Positions 45,620 through 56,307 of a stretch of 64,000 bases of DNA are shown here, in pieces; position 1 is the first letter of the stretch; each line of letters opens with the position of its first letter. The translations under genes and the position numbers were made by a program. A model generated the notes under the pieces. The model was given only the letters and a program-made list of their open reading frames with translations. It searched no databases and was not told the DNA's origin. The stretch is from Chlamydiales bacterium. GTDB taxonomy: Bacteria; Chlamydiota; Chlamydiia; Chlamydiales; SM23-39. The stretch is taken from NCBI GenBank assembly GCA_028278035.1, contig JANQFC010000077.1, positions 73,323 to 137,322 on the forward strand, read 5' to 3'.

Positions 45620-46684
45620 ATGTTAAACTATAAAGCCTTACAAAAATCACTTTTTATTAAAACAAAAACTTTAAAAATGTTGCAGCCAAAAGAATTTAAA
45701 AAAAAATATTACCCTTCATCTGAAAATACTGCTTTTTTATCAAACATACAAAAGCAAATTAAAAATATTTTTTTAAAAAAAGATAGGCGAAAAATAATCT
45801 TTGTAGGGCCCTGCTCTATACACTCAGCAAAAGAGGCTTTAATATATGCATCAAAGCTAAAAAAACTCCAAGAAGAAGTAAAAGACACTCTTTTACTTGT
45901 AATGAGGTTTTATTATGAAAAGCCCAGATCAAAATCAACCTGGAGAGGTTTTTTATATGACCCTAATCTCGATGGAACTAACAACATCTTATCCGGTATA
46001 ATAAAAACCAGACAATTACTGCTTAAAATAACTCAATTACAAATACCTGTTTCTACTGAAATACTAGATCCCTACACAGGATATTTTTTCGATGATCTTA
46101 TCTCTTGGGGATTTATAGGAGCGAGAACGGTTCATTCTCAAATACACAGGCAACTAGCTTCTAATTTCTTATTTCCAGTGGGTTTTAAAAATGATATATC
46201 CGGAAATGTATCAACCGCCGTTGAAGCAGCTTATTTTGCTAATCAAAAGCACTGTTTTTTTACAATAAACCAAGAAGGCATTTTATCTGCTACTGAATCT
46301 AACGGTAATCCTTATACGCATCTAGTTTTAAGAGGTTCTAACTTAAAGACCAATTATGACAAACATTCTGTTACAAAAGCAGAAAACCTAATGCATAAAA
46401 AACTGCCGATTGTCATAGATTCCTCTCATGGCAATTCTCAAAAAAATTATAAAAAACAAATTGAGGTTTTTAAAAACATAATCAAACAATCAAAAATAAA
46501 TCCCTCAATAATCGGAACTATGTTAGAAAGCAATCTTATAGAAGGAAAACAGCCTATTCATCCAATTAATCTTAGATTTGGAGTATCTATTACAGATTCC
46601 TGTATCAGTTTCGAAGATACCAAACAATTAATCTATTACGCTCATGACATTTTAGATCACAAAAAGCCCTGTTATATTCATTAA
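45620..46684 (+). CDS. 3-deoxy-7-phosphoheptulonate (DAHP) synthase, class I
   Basis: 354 aa with IFVGPCSIH, KPRSKSTWRGF and DSSHGNS. Confidence 0.85.
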   Translation: MLNYKALQKSLFIKTKTLKMLQPKEFKKKYYPSSENTAFLSNIQKQIKNIFLKKDRRKIIFVGPCSIHSAKEALIYASKLKKLQEEVKDTLLLVMRFYYEKPRSKSTWRGFLYDPNLDGTNNILSGIIKTRQLLLKITQLQIPVSTEILDPYTGYFFDDLISWGFIGARTVHSQIHRQLASNFLFPVGFKNDISGNVSTAVEAAYFANQKHCFFTINQEGILSATESNGNPYTHLVLRGSNLKTNYDKHSVTKAENLMHKKLPIVIDSSHGNSQKNYKKQIEVFKNIIKQSKINPSIIGTMLESNLIEGKQPIHPINLRFGVSITDSCISFEDTKQLIYYAHDILDHKKPCYIH

Positions 46685-47151
46685 ATAGTCTGTTTTTTTT
46701 CAAATATTTGCTCTTGATTATTTTGATTGATATCTATTCTTTTTTTCCAGAACTGATGCTCCCATACCTGAACGATATTACCATCTTCATTGATTACCTC
46801 AATCTTATAGGTCAAGATCTTCTTGCTGCTGTCTTCTTCCATAGCCTCTTGAAACTTAAAGATCTTGTACCCTCTTTTCTTGTCTACCTTATGAACAAAC
46901 ACATCTTGTTTGTTATCCCAGAACCTAACCGTTAAAATCAAAGTCAGATCTTCTCTATATACACTCAAAGGAAAGTCCCAGCTAATAGAAATTTTCTGTC
47001 CTTCCGGAGGGTTTCTTAATCTTGGATCTGGGGTATTTACATGAACTGAGGCCAGCTCTGACTTGTCTATTTTTTCATGCTGGACAAACAGATACTGCTT
47101 ATAACATCCACAACATAGAAGAATTAACAGCATAACAAAAAGCTTTCTCAT
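46681..47151 (-). CDS. Hypothetical lipoprotein
   Basis: ATG 47151 gives MRKLFVMLLILLCCGC, a lipobox-like signal. The track ORF starts 19 codons earlier. Confidence 0.5.
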   Translation of the reverse strand: MRKLFVMLLILLCCGCYKQYLFVQHEKIDKSELASVHVNTPDPRLRNPPEGQKISISWDFPLSVYREDLTLILTVRFWDNKQDVFVHKVDKKRGYKIFKFQEAMEEDSSKKILTYKIEVINEDGNIVQVWEHQFWKKRIDINQNNQEQIFEKKQTI

Positions 47152-47216
47152 ACAGGATACTTGTAAATATAAAAAAAAGAAGATAGCATGTTTTAAAACA
47201 AAGTGCAAATGTCTAC

Positions 47217-47717
47217 ATGTTAGATCAAAGCTGTGCCGGCATCATATTTTCTGATAACAGACAAAAAGTCCTTCTTATTAAAAGAAGGGATGTTCCCGTT
47301 TGGGTCTTGCCTGGCGGGGGAATCGAAAAAAACGAGAGCATTGAAGATGCTATTATACGTGAAATTCTTGAAGAAACAGGGTATAAAGTAAATATTTTAA
47401 AAAAAGTAGGAGAATACACTCCTGTCAATAAACTAAGCAAATTTACCCACCTTTATGAATGTCAAATAATTTCTGGAAAAGCCAAACTTTCCGATGAGAC
47501 AAAAGATGTGCAATTTTTTGATATTAAGTCCCTTCCTAAACTGATCCCTCCTCCTTATCCCGAATGGATAGAAGATGCCCATCAAAATTTAAATTATATA
47601 ATATCAAAAAAATTATATAGTATAACCTACCTGTCTTTAATTAAAAATTTTATTTTACATCCTGTTTTAGTGATAAGGTTTTTTCTTGCTAGAATGGGCT
47701 TTTCAATTAATACATAA
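47217..47717 (+). CDS. NUDIX hydrolase
   Basis: Nudix box GGGIEKNESIEDAIIREILEETG. Confidence 0.8.
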   Translation: MLDQSCAGIIFSDNRQKVLLIKRRDVPVWVLPGGGIEKNESIEDAIIREILEETGYKVNILKKVGEYTPVNKLSKFTHLYECQIISGKAKLSDETKDVQFFDIKSLPKLIPPPYPEWIEDAHQNLNYIISKKLYSITYLSLIKNFILHPVLVIRFFLARMGFSINT

Positions 47718-47825
47718 TAAAAAAATATTTAATTATTACAATTAATAATAAAATATACTATAATATTATTATAAAAATATTAATTTTTTATATTTTTATA
47801 TAAATAATAACAAGGAGTAATAATT

Positions 47826-48683
47826 ATGGCATCAATTGGATATTGGCTTTTACAGGCCTTAGGGGCAAAACCACATCAGCCCGCATCAGAAGAATTAGCT
47901 CGTAAGGAAGATGAGCTGAATGCGAGATTAGCATTTATAAGAGAAGAACATTTTAAAAAAGAAGCTTATCAAGAGGATATATTCAATCTATCAGAATTAG
48001 AAGTGAATGATAGAATCAGACAAATTGCTGAATATAAAGCTGGTAAAGGCGGATTTTTATTCAATGAAGCCATTCCCCCAGCAATCATTAAATTAATGCG
48101 TGAAATAACGCATTCTCGAGTTTACAAAACTAAAATGAAACAAGCGCAAGAAGATACAGCAAAATACGAACCTTTATTAAAAAAAATGGCTGAAGCAAAA
48201 GAAAACGGCTATAAAAATGAGTTATTTCAAACAGTTAAAATATTCGCAGCAGGAGATTCGATAGTTACACAAAAATTTAAAAATATATTAATAGAACTTA
48301 ACATACCTTTTGAAAGATTGGCTTTATTATCCACTGATCAATATATAAAAATTATTTCTAACATGAATATACAAATAATCAATCTATTAAAAAAATCGAC
48401 AAGACAAACAGCTGATATCATAGGAAAAAAACTAAATCACATTAGAAGAAACTTATTTCCTAAAATACTAAAAAAAGCCACCACTAATTCTGAGCACTTC
48501 CAACAAGAAATAGATAAATTGGACTTTATAGATCCAATCACCGGCTATCCCATGGATACAGAAGCAAAAAGAACAGTAAACTACGAATTACTAGAACATA
48601 GTCAACTTCATTCTAAATTAATCGAACTAAAAGATTTCAACTCTCGATTAAACCAAATAGCTCAAACAAAATCAGTTAAATAA
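47826..48683 (+). CDS. Hypothetical protein (285 aa, predicted helical/coiled)
   Basis: SD AAGGAG lies upstream and no motif was recognised. It is followed by a clean intrinsic terminator. Confidence 0.5.
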   Translation: MASIGYWLLQALGAKPHQPASEELARKEDELNARLAFIREEHFKKEAYQEDIFNLSELEVNDRIRQIAEYKAGKGGFLFNEAIPPAIIKLMREITHSRVYKTKMKQAQEDTAKYEPLLKKMAEAKENGYKNELFQTVKIFAAGDSIVTQKFKNILIELNIPFERLALLSTDQYIKIISNMNIQIINLLKKSTRQTADIIGKKLNHIRRNLFPKILKKATTNSEHFQQEIDKLDFIDPITGYPMDTEAKRTVNYELLEHSQLHSKLIELKDFNSRLNQIAQTKSVK

Positions 48684-48708
48684 AAAAAGCCGCTTAAAGC
48701 GGCTTTTT
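48682..48708. terminator. Bidirectional intrinsic terminator
   Basis: AAAAAAA-GCCGC-TTAAA-GCGGC-TTTTT, between convergent genes. Confidence 0.8.
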
Positions 48709-49968
48709 CTAATCTTTTTGAAAAATAGCTCTTCCTCTGGTCTCTTTTATAAAGAATATAAAAATAATAGCTATCAATATCCCTATTGGAATACTTACAA
48801 ATGCCTTATGATATGCCTCTAAAGAATAATGATGTATGCCATCAACTATTTTACCGTCCCAAAATAAATCCAACAACTTACCAATAAAAGGAAGGCCTAA
48901 TCCATACCCTCCCCCCATAATAATAAAAGCAGCCAAACTTAAAGCAGTCCCTGATATTTCAGGTCTGTTGCTCTCTGAAATAACAGGATATCCAAGAGCC
49001 TGAGCGCCGCTGGTAAAGCCTATTAAAAAAAATAAGATATAAAGGCCAAAAAGATCGAATTTATGCACATATAAAACAATTATCATCAATACCAAACAGG
49101 CAACTGCACCTATTAACATAGGAACTTTTCTGTATCTTATAAAATCGGAGAGCCATCCAAAAAACGGAGAACCGAAAATCATACCGAAAAATAACATAGA
49201 TGTTACTGCTGCTGCATGCATAAACGTCATATCATATGCCTGTATCAAATAAAATATACCAAATAGAGCTCCAAATATTGCAACCGGCAGATTTAATAAA
49301 GAAATATAAAACCCGCAAAGCCAGTTTTGTTTTTGTCTAAACACCATGTATAAAGAGGTAAAGACGCTTATATTTTGACTTTCTTTTATCTCCTTTTCTC
49401 TTCCTTTAGGATCTTTTACCGTAAACCATAAAATAATTCCTATTATCAATCCCAGCATCGCACTAAATAATAATGCAGCCTGCCAGTTCATAAAATGCAC
49501 TATATAAGCTAAAGGAGCCTGAGCCGCTATAGCTCCAAACATACCAATTGTAATGATCAAGGAGCTTGCCAATGCCATATTCTTAGGAGGCAGCCATAAA
49601 GAAGCCAGTTTTAAACAAATAATAAGACCAAATGACATCATAATGCCTGACATGAATCTTCCCACTGCAGCTAAAAATAAAGTATCTGAAAAAGCAAATA
49701 TTAAAGTTCCTGCTATTGCCAAGAGCATATTAATTCCCATAAGTATTCTAATGGAAAACCTGTCCATAATAAGGCCTGCCGGCAATAAAAATATTATATT
49801 TGCATAAAAAAACCATGCAGACAAAAGACCTATATCAGAAGAAGTCGCCCCAAAGTATTTAAGTAAAGAACCGTTTAATGGGGTCATTAAATTAGCTTGG
49901 AAAAAAGCATAAAAGAAAAACAGCGCTCCAACTAATGTAATAACCCATGATTTTGTAGTTGATTTCAT
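48709..49968 (-). CDS. MFS transporter
   Basis: 419 aa with about 12 TM segments. Confidence 0.8.
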   Translation of the reverse strand: MKSTTKSWVITLVGALFFFYAFFQANLMTPLNGSLLKYFGATSSDIGLLSAWFFYANIIFLLPAGLIMDRFSIRILMGINMLLAIAGTLIFAFSDTLFLAAVGRFMSGIMMSFGLIICLKLASLWLPPKNMALASSLIITIGMFGAIAAQAPLAYIVHFMNWQAALLFSAMLGLIIGIILWFTVKDPKGREKEIKESQNISVFTSLYMVFRQKQNWLCGFYISLLNLPVAIFGALFGIFYLIQAYDMTFMHAAAVTSMLFFGMIFGSPFFGWLSDFIRYRKVPMLIGAVACLVLMIIVLYVHKFDLFGLYILFFLIGFTSGAQALGYPVISESNRPEISGTALSLAAFIIMGGGYGLGLPFIGKLLDLFWDGKIVDGIHHYSLEAYHKAFVSIPIGILIAIIFIFFIKETRGRAIFQKD

Positions 49969-50029
49969 AATATCTCCAAAAAATAATAAAAAGATCTATA
50001 TTCTCTTGTATTACTTTAAAAAGAAATAT

Positions 50030-50674
50030 TCAAGACTTAACTATATCTAAAGATGCAGAAGAACCTATTCTGGAAGCTCCAGCCTGTATCATTAACAGAG
50101 CATCTTCTTTTGTTTTAACGCCGCCGGAAGCTTTAACCGACATATTATTACCAACTATTTGCTTCATCAAGAAAACATCTTGGAATGTAGCTCCACTTGT
50201 GCCAAAACCGGTTGATGTTTTTACAAAAGAGGCCTTAGCTAATTGAGCAAGAGCGCATGCAATTACCTTCTCATCATGATTTAAATAGCACGTTTCAATT
50301 ATCACTTTAACAGGAATTGGAGATGCTATGTCCACCACTTTTTTAATACCGTCAAAAACCTTAGAATAATCTTTATCTTTTAAAGCAAGCACATCCAAGA
50401 CCATATCTATTTCCTGAACACCATTTTCTACTAAATCTTTCGCTTCTTGAGCTTTTTTATCAGGAGATTTATCCCCTATTGGAAAATCAACTACAGAGAT
50501 TACAACAGGGCTTTCATTTTTTAAAATACTCCTGGCAAACTTTACGAATTTCGGAAGAACGCATACTCCCTTGAAGTTATATTTGACAGCTTCTTCGCAA
50601 AGCTTTTTAATATCTTTTTGAACAGTATCGTTTTTTAAACAGGTATGGTCGATATATTTTGCTAAATCACACAT
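50030..50674 (-). CDS. deoC: Deoxyribose-phosphate aldolase
   Basis: 214 aa with FVKTSTGF and VKASGGV. Confidence 0.9.
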   Translation of the reverse strand: MCDLAKYIDHTCLKNDTVQKDIKKLCEEAVKYNFKGVCVLPKFVKFARSILKNESPVVISVVDFPIGDKSPDKKAQEAKDLVENGVQEIDMVLDVLALKDKDYSKVFDGIKKVVDIASPIPVKVIIETCYLNHDEKVIACALAQLAKASFVKTSTGFGTSGATFQDVFLMKQIVGNNMSVKASGGVKTKEDALLMIQAGASRIGSSASLDIVKS

Positions 50675-52052
50675 GTGGTCTCACCATTTTTTTTGGATCA
50701 ATAATTTCATGATATGTTTTTTCATCTACAATCTTTAAACATATTGCAGCTTCTTTTAAAGAAATATTTTCTTTATGAGCTTTTTTTACAATTTGTGCCG
50801 CTTTTTCATATCCTATTTTTTTATTTAAAACAGTAGCCAGCATCAAAGTATTTTCAACATGGTTTTTAATATTTTCAATATTAGGGTTAATTCCGATTAA
50901 GCATTTTTCTAAAAAACTAATGCTGATCCCGGACAGGATATGAATAGATTGGATGAGATTATAAATAATTAGAGGTCTGCATGTATTCAACTGAAAATTG
51001 CCGGAAAAATTGGCCATAGTAATAGAATTGTTATTGCTAATTACTTGAATCGATACCATTTTTAAAGCTTCCATCTGAGTTGGATTTACTTTACCGGGCA
51101 TAATAGAAGAGCCTGGCTCATTAGCCGGCAGACTCAGCTCATTTAACCCGCATCTTGGTCCGGACGCTAATAGACTGATATCTGTAGACATCTTAAAAAA
51201 CACAGATCCCAGCAAAGACAGATTATTGCTCAAATCCGCAACCGCATCATTAGACGACAAAGCAGAAAACATATTATCTGCCGGAACAAAATTTTCTTTG
51301 ATGTTTTTAGAAATTTCTTGTATCGCTAATTTTGAAAAATCCCTATGGGTATTTATTCCTGTACCGACAGCCGTCGCCCCCAGGGCCAGCTTGGATAAAT
51401 TATTTAAAGAACCTTTAATTAAATCTTTAGCATTTTTTATTTGATATAAGTAGGCTGAAAATTCTTGTCCCAGAGTCAAAGGAACAGCATCCATAAGATG
51501 CGTTCTACCAACTTTTATAATATGATCAAATTCTTTAACTTTTTTTTCCAAGCCTTCAATTAATTTATCTAACGATGTAAGCAGTTTGTTTTTTACTAGT
51601 AAATAAGCTGCTATATGCATAGCCGTTGGAAAGGTATCGTTAGAAGATTGGCTCATATTAACATCATCATTGGGATGCAAGGGATCTTTCGAACCTAATT
51701 TCTTACCTGTCTTCAAAGATGCTATATTTGCAATCACTTCATTGATATTCATGTTAGTATGAGTGCCGGACCCTGTCTGCCATATAAACAAGGGGAACTG
51801 ATCATCGTATTTTTTATCTAAAATCTCATCAGAAATATTAGCTATCAATCTTAACTTTTCATTCGATAACAACCCAAGTTTGTGATTAGCTTCTGCAGAG
51901 GCCTTTTTAATAACAGCAAAAGCATATATCATTTCAATTGGAATTTTTTCACAACTTATAGAAAAATTATTCAACGACCGTTGGGTCTGCGCTCCCCAAA
52001 GATTATTGTTTTCTATAAAAACTTTCCCTAACGTATCTTGTTCTTCTCTCAT
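50667..52052 (-). CDS. fumC: Class II fumarate hydratase
   Basis: Signature GSSIMPGKVNPTQ. Confidence 0.95.
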   Translation of the reverse strand: MREEQDTLGKVFIENNNLWGAQTQRSLNNFSISCEKIPIEMIYAFAVIKKASAEANHKLGLLSNEKLRLIANISDEILDKKYDDQFPLFIWQTGSGTHTNMNINEVIANIASLKTGKKLGSKDPLHPNDDVNMSQSSNDTFPTAMHIAAYLLVKNKLLTSLDKLIEGLEKKVKEFDHIIKVGRTHLMDAVPLTLGQEFSAYLYQIKNAKDLIKGSLNNLSKLALGATAVGTGINTHRDFSKLAIQEISKNIKENFVPADNMFSALSSNDAVADLSNNLSLLGSVFFKMSTDISLLASGPRCGLNELSLPANEPGSSIMPGKVNPTQMEALKMVSIQVISNNNSITMANFSGNFQLNTCRPLIIYNLIQSIHILSGISISFLEKCLIGINPNIENIKNHVENTLMLATVLNKKIGYEKAAQIVKKAHKENISLKEAAICLKIVDEKTYHEIIDPKKMVRPHV

Positions 52053-52055
52053 AAT

Positions 52056-52478
52056 TTACAACAATAATAGTGCAAATACCAAAGCAAATAAAGCAAATGA
52101 TTCTATAATACCTAATGCCGCTGCACATTTACCAAAAATAGCAGGCTGTTTTGCCGACGCCTGAATAGCAGTAGCTGCTGTTTTGCCCTGATAAATAGCA
52201 CTGATCATAATTGCAAGTCCTGCAAATAGCGCAATACCTACAGCACTCATAGGAGAAGTTTTACCTTGAACAATAGAATTTTTCATAATTATCATTAAAA
52301 CAAATGCATAAATTGACTGAGAAGACGGCATAGCAGATAGACCGATAAATTTTCCGTGCCCTTCATCAACATGCGTCATCACACCATGTGAAGCCATTCC
52401 TGCAACACCGCAGCCTATTGCACTTCCTAAACAACCAAGCCCCAATACAATTCCGGGCCCAAACATTGAAAAATCCAT
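52056..52478 (-). CDS. atpK: V-type ATPase subunit K (proteolipid)
   Basis: 140 aa, Gly/Ala-rich TM hairpins, operon position. Confidence 0.85.
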   Translation of the reverse strand: MDFSMFGPGIVLGLGCLGSAIGCGVAGMASHGVMTHVDEGHGKFIGLSAMPSSQSIYAFVLMIIMKNSIVQGKTSPMSAVGIALFAGLAIMISAIYQGKTAATAIQASAKQPAIFGKCAAALGIIESFALFALVFALLLL

Positions 52479-52494
52479 ATTTACCTCTTTTTTT

Positions 52495-54399
52495 TTATTT
52501 TAATAACTTTAAAGGATCAAACAGCTTTCCATCTCCTTTAAATGAATGGTGGTACCATTCAATAAAGTTCAAACGCAGACCATGTATTACACCACCCATA
52601 ATAGTAAGTACTATATTAACTGCATGCCCGGCTATCACAATTAAAAAACCAAAAAAAAGCCCCATTGCAACACCAAGCCCGTTAAATGTCGAAGCCATTA
52701 TCATACCGGCTAAGCCTAACGCATATAAACGTAAATATGATAATACATCTGCAAAAACCTGTACAACATTTGTAATTTCTATAAATCCCTGATATTTTTT
52801 TTGAATAATAGCTAGAATAACAGCTAATGCTATTCCTGCAATTACCAATTGCAGACCTATTAAATAAGAAGTCTGCTTACTTAAAATATCTAAAAAATTA
52901 ATCATCGAGACCGCATTTAATATTTTAGGAAAATATAAATATCCCCCTACCATGAAAATTGACCACCCGATACCAGCTAAATTTCTTTTTAAATATCTCA
53001 AAAAAGAAAGCATTATATGTATAATGCCTACTAATATGGAAAACTCCATTAGTATATTATTTTTAAAATCATCCAAAGCTATATACTGCATTTTATTATT
53101 ATCGACGGTTACAGCTTTTAGAAAAAAATCATCCACATCCTTAATATTTTTTACTTTTGGAAATTTCTGTGAATAATCTTGATAGACCTCATCTTTTTGT
53201 CTGATATGGTATTCAGCTTTCTTCTTGGCTAAATAATTTATAAAAACAGCTTTATTAATCTCATCTTTTGGACTTGGGCTTATTCCAAAAAAAGACCCTG
53301 TAAGTCCGCCCCATATAACGCAGCTTATAGATATTATCCAAATAAGCTTCATAAATCTTTTTAAAACAGGCTTTGGATTTTTGAACTTACATTTCAAAAA
53401 AGCTGCTATAAATAAATAAATAAGACCATATCCAGCATCGGATACTATCATCGCAAAAAAAACAGCAAAAGAAAACAATACCCAAAGAGAAGGATCTTTA
53501 TCATCTACTGCAGGAACATCGTAAATGTTAACTAAATCTTCTCCTAATTTGGCAAAGCCTTTATTATCCATGTAAGTAGGGATTCTATCCTTTTTTTCTA
53601 TTGCTATTTCCTGAAAGTCAACATTCAAAGATTTAGTAAGAATTTTTAACTGATCAATTTTATTGACAGGAACCCAGGCATCTATTGCAAATAAAGAATC
53701 TTCCATGTGAAAAGATGCATCGTTTTTTGCTTTTTTTAAATTAAAAGTATTCAGCTCCTTTAAAAGATATTGTTTTAATATTTTTAAATATCCTGCATAT
53801 TCCTTTAGTTCTTTTTGAAGCTTTTCTATTTGTCTTTCCACTACAAAAAGTCTTTCTTTTAAAAGGGACAATGGTCTGTCGATATATATCTCTATCATTT
53901 TAGGATATGCCTTTCTCTGTTTATTGATAGCTACAAAATAGTCCAGATCAAATTGAGTTCCTACGTATATAAGTTCATCCGGCAACTTTATTTTTTCTCT
54001 TTTAGATGTTTTTATACATAAGAACTGAAAAAATCTGTGAGATAAATTCTGAGTTTCTTCCAGCTCTTCTTTGGAATAATTTCCAAAAGGCGTAATTCTT
54101 GTAATTTCGGCATGCAGATATCTTTTTTCCTCATATAGTTTTTCAATAGACTGATTTACCTGAAGAATTTGTTTAACAGCTGCATGAGCAGGCACATAAT
54201 CTTTTTTACTTTCTAGGAAAGGCTGCTTTTTTAAAATCTTTATAGCCGATATATACTCTTTTATAGTGTCCGATAAAACTTTGACTTTTTTGGAAGGTGA
54301 AATAAATTCAATAAAACCTTTTTCTTGAGCCGCTTTAAAAAAGATAGCTACTTGATCTTTTATTCCGTAAATTAAAAATTTCTTAACCTTTACAATCAT
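52495..54399 (-). CDS. atpI: V-type ATPase subunit I
   Basis: 634 aa with a soluble N-terminal half and a polytopic C-terminal half ending RLNFIEWYHHSF. Confidence 0.85.
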   Translation of the reverse strand: MIVKVKKFLIYGIKDQVAIFFKAAQEKGFIEFISPSKKVKVLSDTIKEYISAIKILKKQPFLESKKDYVPAHAAVKQILQVNQSIEKLYEEKRYLHAEITRITPFGNYSKEELEETQNLSHRFFQFLCIKTSKREKIKLPDELIYVGTQFDLDYFVAINKQRKAYPKMIEIYIDRPLSLLKERLFVVERQIEKLQKELKEYAGYLKILKQYLLKELNTFNLKKAKNDASFHMEDSLFAIDAWVPVNKIDQLKILTKSLNVDFQEIAIEKKDRIPTYMDNKGFAKLGEDLVNIYDVPAVDDKDPSLWVLFSFAVFFAMIVSDAGYGLIYLFIAAFLKCKFKNPKPVLKRFMKLIWIISISCVIWGGLTGSFFGISPSPKDEINKAVFINYLAKKKAEYHIRQKDEVYQDYSQKFPKVKNIKDVDDFFLKAVTVDNNKMQYIALDDFKNNILMEFSILVGIIHIMLSFLRYLKRNLAGIGWSIFMVGGYLYFPKILNAVSMINFLDILSKQTSYLIGLQLVIAGIALAVILAIIQKKYQGFIEITNVVQVFADVLSYLRLYALGLAGMIMASTFNGLGVAMGLFFGFLIVIAGHAVNIVLTIMGGVIHGLRLNFIEWYHHSFKGDGKLFDPLKLLK

Positions 54400-55001
54400 A
54401 CAGCCTTCTCAAGTATTTTAAGTTTTGCTACTTTTGCCTGCGAAATTGCCGCCAGCTCCTGATCTGATAAAAATACTTTAATTTTTTTTATGTTATTTAA
54501 TGTTTTAGGAATCAATACCTTTTCAAAAAGATTTACTCTGATCGACACATCCTTAAGTTCTTTTTCCAAAGATCTTTTCTTTTCTTCTTCAATATTTGTT
54601 TTTTCTTTAAGCCTTATTAATTTCCTTAATTTCTCTATCATGGAATCAAACCATATCGGAGTATCAAATAAAGAATAGTTCAAATCGTTAAAAATAATTC
54701 TTTCGAATTTTGCAAGCTCTACTCCTGCTATGTTTTCATATGTTTTTTCAATATGCTGAACTTTGGTAAATAAAGTAGGATCCATTCCGTATTTAGATGT
54801 TAGAAGATAAGCATAATGCAGAATTTCCTGTCTTTTTTCAGAAAAATCTTTTTCTAATTTTTCTATTTTTGTTTTTGTATTATTTACCTCTACCTGCAAA
54901 AGTGTTTTTTTAAGCTGCAGTGTCGGTAAATACGTCTGCAGCTGTTTTAAAATATGCTGCTGGGAGCGAAGCCCATTCTTTGTCATTTTAAAATCAGCCA
55001 T
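54396..55001 (-). CDS. atpD: V-type ATPase subunit D
   Basis: 201 aa, coiled coil, positioned between atpB and atpI. Confidence 0.85.
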   Translation of the reverse strand: MADFKMTKNGLRSQQHILKQLQTYLPTLQLKKTLLQVEVNNTKTKIEKLEKDFSEKRQEILHYAYLLTSKYGMDPTLFTKVQHIEKTYENIAGVELAKFERIIFNDLNYSLFDTPIWFDSMIEKLRKLIRLKEKTNIEEEKKRSLEKELKDVSIRVNLFEKVLIPKTLNNIKKIKVFLSDQELAAISQAKVAKLKILEKAV

Positions 55002-56307
55002 ATGCTTTCTCTTTGGGCCAATATTTATCTGTTAAAGTTTTTTTCATAGCCACTTCTTCAACATTAAAGCACTCGGCCAGTGTCTGCCAACCAAGATCTA
55101 AAGCTCCTTCTAAAGAAATATTTACTTTCAAGTTCATCATTCTATCTTCAAACAAAAAAGAATATCTAAGAAGTTTCTCATCCCAATGAGATAACTTGAA
55201 CCCCATACTTTGTCTTTCTCTTGCTTTTTTTGAATCTGCATAAAGCCTGATCATTGTATTTGCCAAATCCGCATGATCCTCTCTTGTCACTTTTCCAATC
55301 ACCTGCTGTTTTAACCTAGACAAAGAACCGAACGGATCAATAAACCCATCATGCAAATAGAACTGACCTTCAGTAATGTATCCGGTATTATCTGGAATAG
55401 GATGGGTAATATCACCTCCAGGCATAGTAGTTACAGATACTATAGTAATAGAGCCCGATCCATCTATATCAACCGCCTTTTCATACCTTGACGCCAGATC
55501 AGAATATAAAGATCCAGGATAACCCCTGTTAGATGGTATCTGATCCATCGTTATTGCTATTTCTTTTATCGCATCAGCAAATGCGGTCATATCTGTTAAA
55601 AGCACTAATACATTCTTGCCATCCACTGCAAATTTTTCTGCAGAGGCTAATGCCATATCAGGCACTAAAAGACATTCAACAGCAGGATCTGTAGCCAAGT
55701 GAATAAATAAAGCTGTTTTGTCCATAACCCCTGACTGTTCGGCATTATTAACAAAGGCTTTGTAATCATCAAATCTAAGGCCCATTCCCCCTATTATCAC
55801 AATATCAGCATCAGTTTGATTGGCTATTCTCATTAAAAGCTGGTTATATGGTTCGCCCGGTAGAGAAAAAATAGGTATTTTTTGAGATTTAACTAAACAG
55901 TTAAAAATATCTATCATAGGAATATTGGTCCGGATAATATCTCTTGGTACAATTCTTTTGGTCGGATTGAAAGAAGGAAGGTTAATCTCAACTTTTTCTC
56001 CACTAACCTCCGGCCCACTGTCAATAGGCTCTCCACTTCCGGAAAGACATCTTCCCAATAAGGAATCACTGACTGTTGCCTGCATTTGCTTGTTTAAAAA
56101 TGTGACCTTATCACCAGTAGAAATACCCCTTACATTTTCAAAAACTTGAAGGGTTACCAAGTCCTCATCAATTCTTAAAACAGATCCGTAAGTATGAGTA
56201 CCGTCTGATTTATAAATTTTTGCAAGTTCTCCTAAACCGACATTTACAGCTTGAACAGTTATCAAACTTCCTCTCATATCTAATATGCGATCGTATACTT
56301 TTATCAT
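54994..56307 (-). CDS. atpB: V-type ATPase subunit B
   Basis: 437 aa, homologous to non-catalytic A/B-type subunits (PGRRGYPGY-like [12 protein letters not shown]). Confidence 0.95.
   Translation of the reverse strand: MIKVYDRILDMRGSLITVQAVNVGLGELAKIYKSDGTHTYGSVLRIDEDLVTLQVFENVRGISTGDKVTFLNKQMQATVSDSLLGRCLSGSGEPIDSGPEVSGEKVEINLPSFNPTKRIVPRDIIRTNIPMIDIFNCLVKSQKIPIFSLPGEPYNQLLMRIANQTDADIVIIGGMGLRFDDYKAFVNNAEQSGVMDKTALFIHLATDPAVECLLVPDMALASAEKFAVDGKNVLVLLTDMTAFADAIKEIAITMDQIPSNRGYPGSLYSDLASRYEKAVDIDGSGSITIVSVTTMPGGDITHPIPDNTGYITEGQFYLHDGFIDPFGSLSRLKQQVIGKVTREDHADLANTMIRLYADSKKARERQSMGFKLSHWDEKLLRYSFLFEDRMMNLKVNISLEGALDLGWQTLAECFNVEEVAMKKTLTDKYWPKEKAYG

Noticed and set aside
52388-52792. A 134-aa plus-strand ORF antisense to atpK/atpI. 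Similar long antisense ORFs occur at 44913-45287 (124 aa) and 24824-25210 (128 aa).
   Set aside because: Each lies entirely opposite a well-supported conserved gene. None has an SD or any motif, and their composition is low-complexity. I treat them as shadow ORFs of the coding strand.
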